Assembly (NCBI GenBank): GCA_016792665.1
Contig: JAEUKJ010000497.1
Coordinates: forward strand, 1,490-65,489
Source of the DNA: Deltaproteobacteria bacterium
GTDB taxonomy: Bacteria; Myxococcota_A; UBA9042; PHBI01
Direction: 5' to 3'
Length of the DNA stretch: 64,000 nt
In this document: piece after piece, positions 26,623 to 36,304 of the stretch
Numbering within the stretch: the first letter of the stretch is position 1
How the letters are laid out: each line of letters begins with the position of its first letter
Notes under the pieces: generated by a model
What the model saw: the letters and a program-made list of their open reading frames with translations, nothing else
The model's database searches: none
Told to the model about the DNA's origin: nothing
Position numbers and translations under genes: made by a program

Positions 26623-28619
26623 CCGCATCGCGGCGGGTGCCGACGGTTGCGCTGGTCGGGCGGCAGAACGCGGGGAAGACGTCGTTGCTCATGCACCTCA
26701 CGGGCACGACGCAGCACCCCGTGAACTTCCCGGGCAGCAGTGTCGAGCGCGGCGAGGCCTTCACCAAGGCCGGGGACGAGGTCCTCCGCGTGGTCGACCT
26801 GCCGGGGATCACCTCGCTCGAGGCGCTCTCGCCCGACGAGGCGGTGGCCCTCGACTGGCTCGACGGGAAGCGCGAGGGCGAGGGTGCGGACGTGGTCTGC
26901 GCAGTTATGGACGCCGCCAAGCTCTCGGTCGAGCTGCGTCTCGTCCTGGCCCTGGCAGCGCGTGGGAAGCCCCTGGTCGTCGCGCTGACGAAGTCCGACG
27001 TGGCCGGCGTGACGATCGATGTGGACCTGCTCGCGACGCGGCTCGGCGTGCCGGTGTTGGCGGTCAACGCGCTGACCGGCGTCGGCAAGGACGCGCTGCT
27101 CGCCGCCCTGCGGGCCGAGGCGCGGCGCACGACCCCACGTCCGCCCGCAGCGCCGCTCGCGCTCGACACCATCGTGCGCGAGGTCACCGCGCGAAGCGGC
27201 GACCCGCACGACAACCTCACCGACAAGCTCGATCGCGTCCTGCTGCATCGCGTCTTCGGGCTGCCGATCCTCGGGCTCCTGCTCTTTGGGATCTTCCAGA
27301 CCCTCTTTGCCGGCGCCAAGCCCGCCATGGATCTCATCGAAGCCGGTCAGGGCGCCCTGGGTTCATGGGTGACCGACCTCGTCCCCGAGGGAGCCCTGCA
27401 GAGCTTCCTCGTCGACGGGCTCGTCAACGGCGTCGGGTCGGTGCTCGTCTTCTTGCCGCAGATCATCCTGCTCATGATCTTCGTCTCGCTGCTCGAGGCC
27501 TCGGGCTACATGGCGCGGGCCGCGTTCCTGCTCGATCGCGTGCTGTCCAAGGTCGGCCTGTCGGGGCGGAGCTTCGTGCCGATGGTCTCGAGCTTCGCGT
27601 GCGCGGTGCCGGGGATCTTGTCGACGCGCATGATCGACAACGAGCGCGAGCGGTTGGCGACCATCGCCATCTTGCCGCTCATGAGCTGTTCGGCGCGACT
27701 GCCGGTCTACGTGGTCCTCATCGCCGCCTTCTTCCCGGTCCATCAGGCCGGGCTGGTGCTCTTCTCGCTGTACGCGCTGGGCGTCGTCATCGCCTTCGCC
27801 GTCGCCTGGATCCTGCGCAAGACCAAGCTGCGCGGGCCCTACGCCGTGCTCATGATGGAGCTCCCGGTCTACCAGCGGCCATCGTTCAAGGTCGTGCGCG
27901 GGCAGGTCGCGGCGGCGGTGCGCGAGTTCATGGTGATGGCGGGGACGGTCATCCTCACGACCGCGATCCTCATCTGGATCTTGTCCTACTACCCGCGGCC
28001 CGCGGCCGTGCACGAGGCGGCCCAGCGCGAGCGGGCGCCGATCGCCGCCGAGCTCGCGACGCTGGGTGACGGCCCCGAGCACGCGGACGCGCGCGCGAGC
28101 CTCGAGGCCAAGCTGGACGGCGTGAAGACCCGCGAGAAAGCGACCTACCTGGAGGGCAGCCTGCTCGCGAGCGCGGGCAAGTTCATCGCCCCCCTCTTCG
28201 AGCCCGCGGGCTTCGAGTGGCGCACGACCGTCGGCGTGCTCGCGGCCTTCCCGGCGCGAGAGCTCATCATCCCGACGCTCGGGATCCTCTACCGCGTGGG
28301 CGACGTCGACCCCGGCGAGTTCGAGGTCGCGTCGCTGGACGCCAACGAGGCCCGCAAGGACCAGGGGCTCACGGGGCGCTTGCGATCGGCCACGCGCGAG
28401 GACGGCAGCCCCGCCTGGAGCACGCTGTCGGCGCTCGCGGTGATGGTCTTCTTCGCGCTCTGCAGCCAGTGCATGGCGACGCTCGGCGCGATCCGTCGCG
28501 AGACCCGCTCCTGGAAATGGCCGGTCTTCGTCTTTACCTACATGACATCGCTGGCGTGGCTGATGGCCGTCCTGGTGTTCCAGGTCGGGTCGGCACTCGG
28601 CCTGGGAGGTGGGTCATGA
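26619..28619 (+). CDS. feoB: ferrous iron transport protein B
   Basis: The N-terminal G-domain reads VALVGRQNAGKTSLLMHLTG...DLPGITSL. A polytopic gate/permease region follows (LLMIFVSLLEASGYMARAAFLLDRVL...). Confidence 0.9.
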   Translation: MTASRRVPTVALVGRQNAGKTSLLMHLTGTTQHPVNFPGSSVERGEAFTKAGDEVLRVVDLPGITSLEALSPDEAVALDWLDGKREGEGADVVCAVMDAAKLSVELRLVLALAARGKPLVVALTKSDVAGVTIDVDLLATRLGVPVLAVNALTGVGKDALLAALRAEARRTTPRPPAAPLALDTIVREVTARSGDPHDNLTDKLDRVLLHRVFGLPILGLLLFGIFQTLFAGAKPAMDLIEAGQGALGSWVTDLVPEGALQSFLVDGLVNGVGSVLVFLPQIILLMIFVSLLEASGYMARAAFLLDRVLSKVGLSGRSFVPMVSSFACAVPGILSTRMIDNERERLATIAILPLMSCSARLPVYVVLIAAFFPVHQAGLVLFSLYALGVVIAFAVAWILRKTKLRGPYAVLMMELPVYQRPSFKVVRGQVAAAVREFMVMAGTVILTTAILIWILSYYPRPAAVHEAAQRERAPIAAELATLGDGPEHADARASLEAKLDGVKTREKATYLEGSLLASAGKFIAPLFEPAGFEWRTTVGVLAAFPARELIIPTLGILYRVGDVDPGEFEVASLDANEARKDQGLTGRLRSATREDGSPAWSTLSALAVMVFFALCSQCMATLGAIRRETRSWKWPVFVFTYMTSLAWLMAVLVFQVGSALGLGGGS

Positions 28620-28834
28620 CGAGCTGGCAGGATCCGGTCGCGCTCGCGCTGGCAGCGGCGCTGGTCGGGCTCTCGCTGTGGTGGAGGCACCGCCTCATCG
28701 CGCGCGGCGAGGCCTCACACTGCACGCAGTGCAGCGCCGATGCTGGCAACGTCGAGGAGCGACCGGGCGACCGGCCTCCGACACCGCCGCAGAGGGTCCC
28801 GCTGGCCGCGATGCGCATCGGCCGTAAGGGCTAG
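28616..28834 (+). CDS. FeoB-associated small membrane protein with an HCxxC motif (FeoC-like, tentative)
   Basis: ATG 28616 overlaps the feoB stop (ATGA). It has one TM helix (VALALAAALVGLSLWW), a basic stretch and then HCTQC. GC3 is high. Confidence 0.5.
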   Translation: MTSWQDPVALALAAALVGLSLWWRHRLIARGEASHCTQCSADAGNVEERPGDRPPTPPQRVPLAAMRIGRKG

Positions 28835-29544
28835 AGGCGCAGCTTGGCCATGACCGGGAGGTGGTCGCTGCCCATGAAGGGGAGCGGCATCGCCGGCGAG
28901 ATGATCTCGAGCTCTTTCGTGATGTAGATGTGGTCGATGCCGATCTCGGGATCGGACGCGGGGTAGGTCGGGAGCGGGTCGTCGCCGGCCGCGTTGCGGA
29001 GGAACGGCGCCAGGCCGCCGAGCTCGGCGATCTCCGCGTTGAAGTCCCCCATCACCATGAGCGGGGTGGCCTGGGTCTGCGCGTGGCGCAACAGCGCCGG
29101 GAGCTGGGCCTGGCGGTCGACCTCGTTCACGGCGAGGTGGGTGACGAGGACCGAGATCGGCCCCTTGGGCGTGACCACGGTACCGCTCAGGATACAGCGC
29201 TGCTCGTCCTTCCGCTTGGGAAGGCGATGGCGCGTCCACGGGCCGAGCGGGAAGCGCGAGAACAGCGCCACGCCGTAGCCGGGGCGATCGTCGGCGGTCG
29301 GCGCGACGCGGATCTGCGGCGGGTCCGAGTCCGGGATCGTCGTCAGCACCGCGGCGAAGCGGACGTGCCCGAGCCCGCTGGCGCGAGACAGCAGCTGCGG
29401 CTGGTTCCCGGAGTCGCCGTGGAACCAGTCGACGCCGATCTCCTGGACCGCGACCACGTCGGCCTCGCCGATGATGTCGGCGACCGTCTTGAGGTCGCTC
29501 TCCATCCCGAGCTTGATGTTGTAGGTCATCACCGAGAAATCCAT
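28831..29544 (-). CDS. endonuclease/exonuclease/phosphatase (EEP) family protein
   Basis: ATG 29544 gives MDFSVMTYNIKLG... Further motifs: VVAVQEI, VTHLAV, MGDFNA and GIDHIY...GSDHLPVMAKL. Confidence 0.8.
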   Translation of the reverse strand: MDFSVMTYNIKLGMESDLKTVADIIGEADVVAVQEIGVDWFHGDSGNQPQLLSRASGLGHVRFAAVLTTIPDSDPPQIRVAPTADDRPGYGVALFSRFPLGPWTRHRLPKRKDEQRCILSGTVVTPKGPISVLVTHLAVNEVDRQAQLPALLRHAQTQATPLMVMGDFNAEIAELGGLAPFLRNAAGDDPLPTYPASDPEIGIDHIYITKELEIISPAMPLPFMGSDHLPVMAKLRL

Positions 29545-29643
29545 CGGCTCTCCCGCGGCCTCGACCCTGAGCCGCCACCGAGCGCGTGGACCGCGCATCG
29601 GTGGATGGTTTTACCCCGGCCCACCCGGGGCCACAAGCGGCCG

Positions 29644-31455
29644 TCAGGTCCCGGAAACAGGGGACCCGCGAGCCTCGGACGCGAAAGCGTGCTGGGGAAG
29701 GGCGATGTCGAAGGCCGTTCCACGCCCGTCGGCCGTGGTCGGGCTGCGCACTGCGATGCGCCCGCCGTGGGCCAGGACGATGTCCCGGGTCACGACCAGG
29801 CCGAGGCCAGTGCCGTGCGGCTTGCCGGTCGCGAAGGGCTGGAAGAGGCGCGCGCGCAGCTCGGAAGGGATCCCCGGGCCATTGTCGGCGACGGTCAGGA
29901 AGACCCCGCCGCCAGGCAGGGCGCTCAATGACAGGGTGAGGGTGCGCGCCTCGGGCGCGGCCTCTCCGGTGGCCCCGGGGGCGGCCTGGAGCGCCTCGAG
30001 GGCGTTGCGCGCGACGTTCAGGAGGGCTTGCCAGAGCTGCTCGGGGTCGGCCTGCAGCGGCGGCGGGCCCCCGTCGGACGCGGCTTTGATACCGTCGGTG
30101 ACCAGGCGCACGTGGGCCTCGTCGGCTTCGCGGCGCAAGAAGTCGGCAAAGCGCAGCACCAGGGCCCCGACGTCGCAGGGCACGCGATGCGGCTCGGGGC
30201 GCGGACCCGCGGCGAGCGAGGCCAGCGACGAGGGCCAGGGGGCGGGCCGCGACGGGTCGTCGGGGGCGTGCGGCTCGGGGTTCGGGCTCGCGGGGTCGTC
30301 CTCGGCCGTGTTGGAGGCGGATGCGAAGCGCGTGAGCTGGAGGTACTGCTCGGTGATGCGCTTCAAGCGTTGGACCTCGCTGGCGATCGACGCGAGCATG
30401 GCGCGGGCCCCCTTGGGGTCGGGCAGCTCTTCGAGCTCGTCCTCGAGCAGCTCGGCGTTCAACCCGATCGAGCTCAGCGGGTTTCGCACCTCGTGCGTGA
30501 TCTGGGCCGCCAGCCGCCCCACCGCGGCCAGGCGCTCGGCCTGCACCAGCTCGGCCTGCTTGTCGGCGAGCGCCTTGTCGCGCTCTTCGAGGGAGGCCGC
30601 CATGCGGTTGAACTCCTCGCCGAGCTGGCCGAGCTCGTCGGCCGAGGGCACCGCCACACGCTCGGCGTAGTCGCCCGCGGCGATGCGGCGCGCCCCCTCG
30701 CGCAGCTTGCGGATGGGCCGCAGCGTGAGCTGGGCGACAAAGAGCATCACGATCGAGACGCCGAGCGCGCCAGCCGCGACGAAGCCGACCGCGAGCGTGG
30801 TCGTGCGTTCGTCGTCGGCGATCTTCTGCTCGATCTGCCGAATCGGCGCGGCCAGCGCGCGCACCGCATCGTTCACCTCGCGGTTGAGTCGGCGCAGGAC
30901 GCGCGTCATGGCCCGCGTCTCGAGCGAGGTCGGCTTGAGGTTGCCGAGCCCCGCGACCTTCACGGTGCGGACCACCAGGCGCTTGTAGAGCTCGGCGTTG
31001 GTGAGGACCTCGCCCTTGGCGAAGACCTCGGGGAGCTCCTCGCCCTGGAGGATGTCGGCGAGCTCGTGGCCCGTGACGAGCCTGCGGAAGGTCTGGCCGA
31101 GGGCGAGGAGATCGGTCGTGTCGCCCGAGACCTCGTCGCTCGCGATGAGCGCGTCGAGGCGCTCGGCGAGGCGCGAGAAGCCCTGCGGACTCTCGAAGGG
31201 GTCCAGCGTCGGGAGCACCTTCTCGAGCCACAGGATGTCGTCGGCGCGATTGAGGGCCAGGAATTCCTCGGTCGACTTCAGCTGCCGCGACAGGGCGCGG
31301 AGCTGATTCGCCATGGGATTCAATTCCTTCCAGAGCACGGTGACCGTGCGCCGGAGTGCGCTCATGCGGTAGAGGGTGAACGTCTCGGTCGCGCCGAACG
31401 CGATGATGACCACCGCGAAGCCGAGAAAGATCTTGGTCGCGACCGAGAGGCGCAA
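29644..31455 (-). CDS. sensor histidine kinase (2 TM, periplasmic domain, HAMP, HisKA, HATPase_c)
   Basis: The TTG start lies 4 nt after the gcvPB stop. TM helices are present. The HAMP region reads LRPIRKLREGARRIAAGDY...DELGQLGEEFNRM, the H-box is ITHEVRNPLSSI, and the G-boxes are DNGPGIP...GTGLGL. Confidence 0.85.
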   Translation of the reverse strand: MRLSVATKIFLGFAVVIIAFGATETFTLYRMSALRRTVTVLWKELNPMANQLRALSRQLKSTEEFLALNRADDILWLEKVLPTLDPFESPQGFSRLAERLDALIASDEVSGDTTDLLALGQTFRRLVTGHELADILQGEELPEVFAKGEVLTNAELYKRLVVRTVKVAGLGNLKPTSLETRAMTRVLRRLNREVNDAVRALAAPIRQIEQKIADDERTTTLAVGFVAAGALGVSIVMLFVAQLTLRPIRKLREGARRIAAGDYAERVAVPSADELGQLGEEFNRMAASLEERDKALADKQAELVQAERLAAVGRLAAQITHEVRNPLSSIGLNAELLEDELEELPDPKGARAMLASIASEVQRLKRITEQYLQLTRFASASNTAEDDPASPNPEPHAPDDPSRPAPWPSSLASLAAGPRPEPHRVPCDVGALVLRFADFLRREADEAHVRLVTDGIKAASDGGPPPLQADPEQLWQALLNVARNALEALQAAPGATGEAAPEARTLTLSLSALPGGGVFLTVADNGPGIPSELRARLFQPFATGKPHGTGLGLVVTRDIVLAHGGRIAVRSPTTADGRGTAFDIALPQHAFASEARGSPVSGT

Positions 31456-31459
31456 GGCG

Positions 31460-32962
31460 TCACTGCCCCGCGGTCGGGGTCTCCACGGGCCGCCACCGGA
31501 GGATGGGCTTCCTCACGGCGCGCGTCTCGTCGAGGCGCCCGACCAGCGGCAGGTGCGGCGCGGTCTTGAGACGCTGCGGGTCGACCTTGCTCTCGGCGTC
31601 GATGTCGAACATCGCCTCGACGAAGCGGTCGAGGGTCTCTTTGCTCTCGGTCTCGGTCGGCTCGATCATCAGCGCGTTCTGGACGCAGATCGGGAAGTAG
31701 GTCGTCGGCGGGTGGAAGCCGCGGTCGATGAGGCCCTTCGCGATGTCGCGCGTCTCGATGTCGGCGGCCTTCTTCTGCAGCTTGTCGGTCAGGACGACCT
31801 CGTGCATGCAGGCGCGATCGTGGACGACATGGTAGCGCTCGGCGAGCTTCACGCGCAGGTAGTTCGCGTTCAGGACCGCCATCTCGCCGGCCAGCTTGAG
31901 TCCTTCGCGCCCGAGCTCGCGGATGTAGGTGTAGGCGCGGACGTGCATGCCGAAGTTGCCGAGGTAGGCCTTGACGCGCCCGATGGTGAGCGGCTTGTCC
32001 GACACGAGGCGGAAGGTGCTGCCGTCTTTCTCGACGCGCGGAATCGGCAGATACGGGGCCAGGCGGTCGTGCACGCAGACCGGTCCCGAGCCCGGCCCAC
32101 CGCCGCCGTGCGGGGTCGAGAACGTCTTGTGCAGGTTGAGGTGCATCGCGTCGACGCCCATGTCGCCGGGGCGCGCGCGCCCGAGCAGCGCGTTCATGTT
32201 GGCGCCGTCGCAGTACACGAGGCCGCCCTTGGCGTGCACGATGTCGGCGACCTCCTTCACGTTCTCCTCGAAGAGGCCGAGCGTGTTGGGGTTGGTCATC
32301 ATGATGCCGGCGATGTCCTCGTTCATCGCGGCAAGCACGTCCTCGGGCAGGACCACGCCGCGGTCCGACGACTTCAGCGTGACCGTCTCGTAGCCGAGCA
32401 TGGCGAGGGTCGCGGGGTTCGTGCCGTGCGCCGTGTCGGGCACGAGCACCTTCGTGCGCGGCTTGCCCTCGGTGTGCATGAGGTACGCGCGGATGAGCGC
32501 CATGCCGGTGTACTCACCGTGGGCGCCAGCCGCGGGCTGCAGCGTCACGGCCGAGAAGCCGGTGATCTCGGCGAGGTAGCGCTCGAGCTCCCAGTAGAGG
32601 GACAGCGCGCCCTGGATCCAGCTCTCGGGCGCCATCGGGTGGAGGTCGGCGAAGCCCTCCATGCGCGCGACGTCCTCGTTGATCTTCGGGTTGTACTTCA
32701 TCGTGCACGACCCGAGCGGGAAGAAGCCCGTGTCGATGCCGTAGTTCTGCTGCGAGAGACGGATGAAGTGACGCACGGCCTCGGGCTCGCTCACCTCGGG
32801 CCAGCGCGGCGCCTTCTTGCGAAGGAGCCCTTCGGGCAGCGCGACGTTTCCGGGAGCGGTGGTGGCCGAGCGCGGCAGCGACGAGGCGACACGCCCCGGG
32901 CTCGAACGCTCGAAGATCAACGGCTCACGGAACTGGAGACCCTGGGTCGCAATGGAGGACAT
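31460..32962 (-). CDS. gcvPB: glycine dehydrogenase (decarboxylating) subunit 2
   Basis: Motifs: EPLIFERSSPGR, FFPLGSCTMKYNP, DTAHGTNPA and HLNLHKTFSTPHGGGGPG (PLP-Lys region). Confidence 0.9.
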   Translation of the reverse strand: MSSIATQGLQFREPLIFERSSPGRVASSLPRSATTAPGNVALPEGLLRKKAPRWPEVSEPEAVRHFIRLSQQNYGIDTGFFPLGSCTMKYNPKINEDVARMEGFADLHPMAPESWIQGALSLYWELERYLAEITGFSAVTLQPAAGAHGEYTGMALIRAYLMHTEGKPRTKVLVPDTAHGTNPATLAMLGYETVTLKSSDRGVVLPEDVLAAMNEDIAGIMMTNPNTLGLFEENVKEVADIVHAKGGLVYCDGANMNALLGRARPGDMGVDAMHLNLHKTFSTPHGGGGPGSGPVCVHDRLAPYLPIPRVEKDGSTFRLVSDKPLTIGRVKAYLGNFGMHVRAYTYIRELGREGLKLAGEMAVLNANYLRVKLAERYHVVHDRACMHEVVLTDKLQKKAADIETRDIAKGLIDRGFHPPTTYFPICVQNALMIEPTETESKETLDRFVEAMFDIDAESKVDPQRLKTAPHLPLVGRLDETRAVRKPILRWRPVETPTAGQ

Positions 32963-33050
32963 CTTCTACCGCCGCGTAGGTCGGTCGGGGACCGACGGAT
33001 TGCTGGAATGCGAAATCGCCGATAGCTTGGAGAGAATTCGGTTTCCCCAA

Positions 33051-33082
33051 GGAAAACGCCCGCGTCAGAGCGACGCGGGCGT
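33051..33082 (-). terminator. rho-independent terminator downstream of the PPIase gene
   Basis: A perfect 11-bp stem (33056..33066 / 33072..33082) closes a 5-nt loop. It is followed on the minus strand by TTTTCC (the complement of 33051..33056). Confidence 0.75.
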
Positions 33083-33147
33083 TCGGGGTCAGGACGATCG
33101 CCGAAGGCCCGGCAGCGCCAGACGACCTCGGGTCGATCGACCGGGGA

Positions 33148-34479
33148 TCACGGATGCGGAGCAGGCGCCGGGGCCGGGGCCGGAGCGCCGCCCGGAGCCG
33201 GGGCCGGAGCGCCGCCGGGGGCCGGAACAGGAGCCGGAGCGCCACCCGGAGCGGGGATCGGCGCCGGGTTGCCACCAGGACCACCCGGGCCCATGCCACC
33301 AGGTCCACCAGGACCACCGGGGCCACCAGGACCGCCGGGGCCACCCGGACGACCCGGGCCATCGCCGGGGAAGTCCTGCGGGCCGAGGTGCTCCATCGCG
33401 CCCGGCGCCTCGGGCGGCGGGTCGGCGATGAACTTCTCGATCTTGGCCTTCTTCTCGAGGTCGGCCAGCAGCTTGCGGCGCTCCGTGAAGAACTTCTTGT
33501 TCTGGAGGCTCTTGACGATCTGCTCCTTGACCTCCTCGAACGTCTTCTTCCGGTCCTCGCGCTTGTCGGTGACCTTGATGATGTGGAAGCCGAAGCGGGT
33601 GCGGACCGGCTGGGAGATCTCGCCGACTTTCATCTTGAAGGCGACGTCGTCGAACTCCTTGACCATGCGCCCCTCGGAGAAGAACCCGAGGTCGCCACCC
33701 TTCGAGGCCGCGGGGCCCTCGCTCATCTCGTTGGCGATCTTGTCGAAGTCCTCGCCCTTCTTGATGCGCTCCTGCGCCTCTTTCACCTTCTCGTTGGCCT
33801 TGGCCTCGTCCTCGGGCGTCGCGTTCTCGGGCAGCTTGATGAGGACGTGCGACGCGCGGATGCCGGCCTTCTCGGTGTAGAAGCGCTCGTTCTTGTCGTA
33901 GAAGTCCTTGGCCTCGGCGTCGGTGACGCTCATGTCACCGCTCTTCTCGAGGAGGAGCTCCAGCGAGCGACGCTCGCGGATGCGCTGCTCGATCGACTCC
34001 TTCGTCACGCGGCCATGCTTCAGGTAGTTCTCGAACTGCTCGTCGCTCTGGAAGCGCTGCTTGTACTCGTCGAAGCCCTTCTTCAGGTCCTCGTCCGGGA
34101 CGACGACGTTCGCCTCCTTCACGGCCTGGTTGATGAGCTCCTGCTCGATGAGCCGCTTCAGGATGTTCTGCTCGATGCGCGCCACGCGGTCGGCCGGGAT
34201 CTGGGCGCCGCGCGCCGTGATCTTGTCGAGCTCCTCGTAGAACACCGTGCTCGGGATCTCGACCCCGTTGACCTTGGCGACCGGCCCGGTGATGCGCGGC
34301 TTCTCCGCCGGAGGCGCGTTCGGATCGACAGCGGCAGCGGCATCCGCCGCAGGCGCGGGGGCGGGCGCCGAGGTATCGGTTGCGGCGGGCGCGGGCGCCG
34401 GCGCAACGTCGGTCTCTTCCTTCTTGCCGCCACAGGCGACGAGCCCGAGAACCGACAGGGTCATGAGGGTGCGTTTCAT
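33148..34479 (-). CDS. SurA/PrsA-like parvulin peptidyl-prolyl isomerase lipoprotein with a Gly/Pro-rich tail
   Basis: MKRTLMTLSVLGLVAC (lipobox). The parvulin core reads IRASHVLIKL...GGDLGFFSEGRMVKEFDDVAFKMKVGEISQPVRTRFGFHIIKV. The C-terminal 70 aa are GPGGPGG/PAPAP low complexity. Confidence 0.85.
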   Translation of the reverse strand: MKRTLMTLSVLGLVACGGKKEETDVAPAPAPAATDTSAPAPAPAADAAAAVDPNAPPAEKPRITGPVAKVNGVEIPSTVFYEELDKITARGAQIPADRVARIEQNILKRLIEQELINQAVKEANVVVPDEDLKKGFDEYKQRFQSDEQFENYLKHGRVTKESIEQRIRERRSLELLLEKSGDMSVTDAEAKDFYDKNERFYTEKAGIRASHVLIKLPENATPEDEAKANEKVKEAQERIKKGEDFDKIANEMSEGPAASKGGDLGFFSEGRMVKEFDDVAFKMKVGEISQPVRTRFGFHIIKVTDKREDRKKTFEEVKEQIVKSLQNKKFFTERRKLLADLEKKAKIEKFIADPPPEAPGAMEHLGPQDFPGDGPGRPGGPGGPGGPGGPGGPGGMGPGGPGGNPAPIPAPGGAPAPVPAPGGAPAPAPGGAPAPAPAPAPHP

Positions 34480-34697
34480 CAGAGGAGTCCTCCGGAGACA
34501 GACATGAGCGGCGAATTCGCGTGGAAAAAGGGCTCGGTGTCATGGGGCGCGAGCGGTCGCGGACCATACTCCCGGGCAACGGACCCCGCAACGCAAAACG
34601 CGGCGCCTTGGTTCACCGCCCCGGTGCGCGACCCCGCGATTTGCCTTCGCCGGCAGCGTGTCGATGCCGACCCTCGCGCGAAGGCGCGACGCCGACC

Positions 34698-36260
34698 TCA
34701 CAACCAGGCGGGCATCGGCCTCGCCGCGACCCCCGAGACCAACGTCGGGGCGTCGTGCCAATAGACCGTCACGAGATCGCGCCGCTGCCGCGACCACAAG
34801 CGTTCAAAAGCCGACCCGCGCGGGATCTTCGTCACGAGCACCATCGCGTCGACCGCGTCCTGCTCGGCCACCCGCCCGCGCAGCGCCGTCTCGGCCAGGA
34901 GTCCCGCGAGCAGTCGGCCGGTCGTGAGCTTCATCACCAGGATCGCCAGCCCCGAGAGGAGATCGCCGCGGCGCGCCGGCTCGTGCGCCTGCAGGCTCGC
35001 CAGCGCGAGGTCCCGCCAGATCTCGAGGTCACTCGAAAACGGCACGAGGTCCTCGCACCGCCGCCCGCGCAAGACCTCGCCCAGCGCCCACCCGAAGCGT
35101 CGCGCCCGGTCGGCGTCGATCGCGTTGTCGTCGGTGCGCATGCCCTGCGCGATCGCGTCGATCCCTTCGGCCAGCGCACCGCGCAGTCGCGCGATCGCCG
35201 CAAAGCACCGCTCGGTCTGGTCGACCGCCTCGGGCTCAGGCACCGCAAAGGCTGCACGCGTCGCGAAGAGCTCGCTCTCGCGATAGCCCGAGAACAGCGC
35301 CTCGAGCGCGTCGCGCACCGGCTCGACCACCGCGAGCACCAGCCCCTCGAAGTTCGTCGCCCCCTCGACCTTGGCGATCATCGCCGCCCGCAAAGCGGTC
35401 CACGTCGCCAGATCCAGGTCGACCCCGGCCGTCACCGGCACCGGCATCGGCAGCTGCAGGATCGGCGCACCCTCGGCGATGAGCGCCCGGATCTGCCCGA
35501 GCTGCTCGGCGTCCCCGGCCGGCGGCGTGGCCCGCGAGCGCGCCTTCCACCACGCGCGGCACTCGGTCGAGAAGCTCACGTCGATGCCGTCGGGCGTGCG
35601 CGTGAACGTGTACGGGAACTGCCGGCAGATGGTCGGCTTCTGCTGAGATCCCTTGTGCTTGTGGATGATGCAGAGCTTGTCGTCGCCCAGGAAGACGCAG
35701 CGTCCGTGGCGCCGACCGGTCAGACGAATGGCCTGCCCCGTCGGCGAGCTCTCGGCGGGGACCTCGTCGATCCAGTCCTCGGGCCGCACGTCCGCGGGCA
35801 AGAACGGCGACCAGTCGAACTCGCGGATCTTGGCGACGTCGTCGTCCTTCAGCGGCCCGACGTCGGTCCCATGACAGCACCCGCCACACGCGACGCACGC
35901 GTGCGCCAAGGTGCCCTGGAAGCGCAGCGGCGCATCGGCCGCGACAGGAGACGACGCGGCGTCCTCGCGCTGGGACTCGGCGTGGACCTTCAGCTGGTCG
36001 GCCGCACGCGGCGTCTCCAGCATGAGCTCGCGGTTCAAGAGGTCGACGCGCTTGAAGAGCTCGATGCGCGGCACCTGCACGGCCTCGGCGAGCTCGTCGG
36101 GCAGGCACGGCCCCTCGCTCAAGATATCCATGACCTTCAACGCCACCGGATCGATCGGCACACGCACACGCCGCACCGCGTCCTCGACCACGATTCGACC
36201 GCCGAGCTTCTTCACGCGTAGATCGTCGCGCAGCGGCGGGACAGGAGGCGGGCTTCGCAT
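34698..36260 (-). CDS. YkgJ-family Cys-cluster (CxxCxxCC) protein with a long C-terminal extension
   Basis: Motifs: HACVACGGCCHG, GRCVFLGDDKLCIIH and ICRQFPY. At 520 aa it is much longer than typical family members. Confidence 0.7.
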   Translation of the reverse strand: MRSPPPVPPLRDDLRVKKLGGRIVVEDAVRRVRVPIDPVALKVMDILSEGPCLPDELAEAVQVPRIELFKRVDLLNRELMLETPRAADQLKVHAESQREDAASSPVAADAPLRFQGTLAHACVACGGCCHGTDVGPLKDDDVAKIREFDWSPFLPADVRPEDWIDEVPAESSPTGQAIRLTGRRHGRCVFLGDDKLCIIHKHKGSQQKPTICRQFPYTFTRTPDGIDVSFSTECRAWWKARSRATPPAGDAEQLGQIRALIAEGAPILQLPMPVPVTAGVDLDLATWTALRAAMIAKVEGATNFEGLVLAVVEPVRDALEALFSGYRESELFATRAAFAVPEPEAVDQTERCFAAIARLRGALAEGIDAIAQGMRTDDNAIDADRARRFGWALGEVLRGRRCEDLVPFSSDLEIWRDLALASLQAHEPARRGDLLSGLAILVMKLTTGRLLAGLLAETALRGRVAEQDAVDAMVLVTKIPRGSAFERLWSRQRRDLVTVYWHDAPTLVSGVAARPMPAWL

Positions 36261-36304
36261 TCGAACCTCTGGCTGGATGGCGCTCGAGACCCTGCGGTCA
36301 GGGG

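Noticed and set aside
32963-33050. Possible glycine riboswitch in the gcvPB leader
   Set aside because: I read the minus-strand leader and found neither the conserved GGAGAG...ACCGAAGGGGCAA cores nor a tandem aptamer layout. The region is also too short (88 nt after the terminator). An Infernal scan would be decisive.
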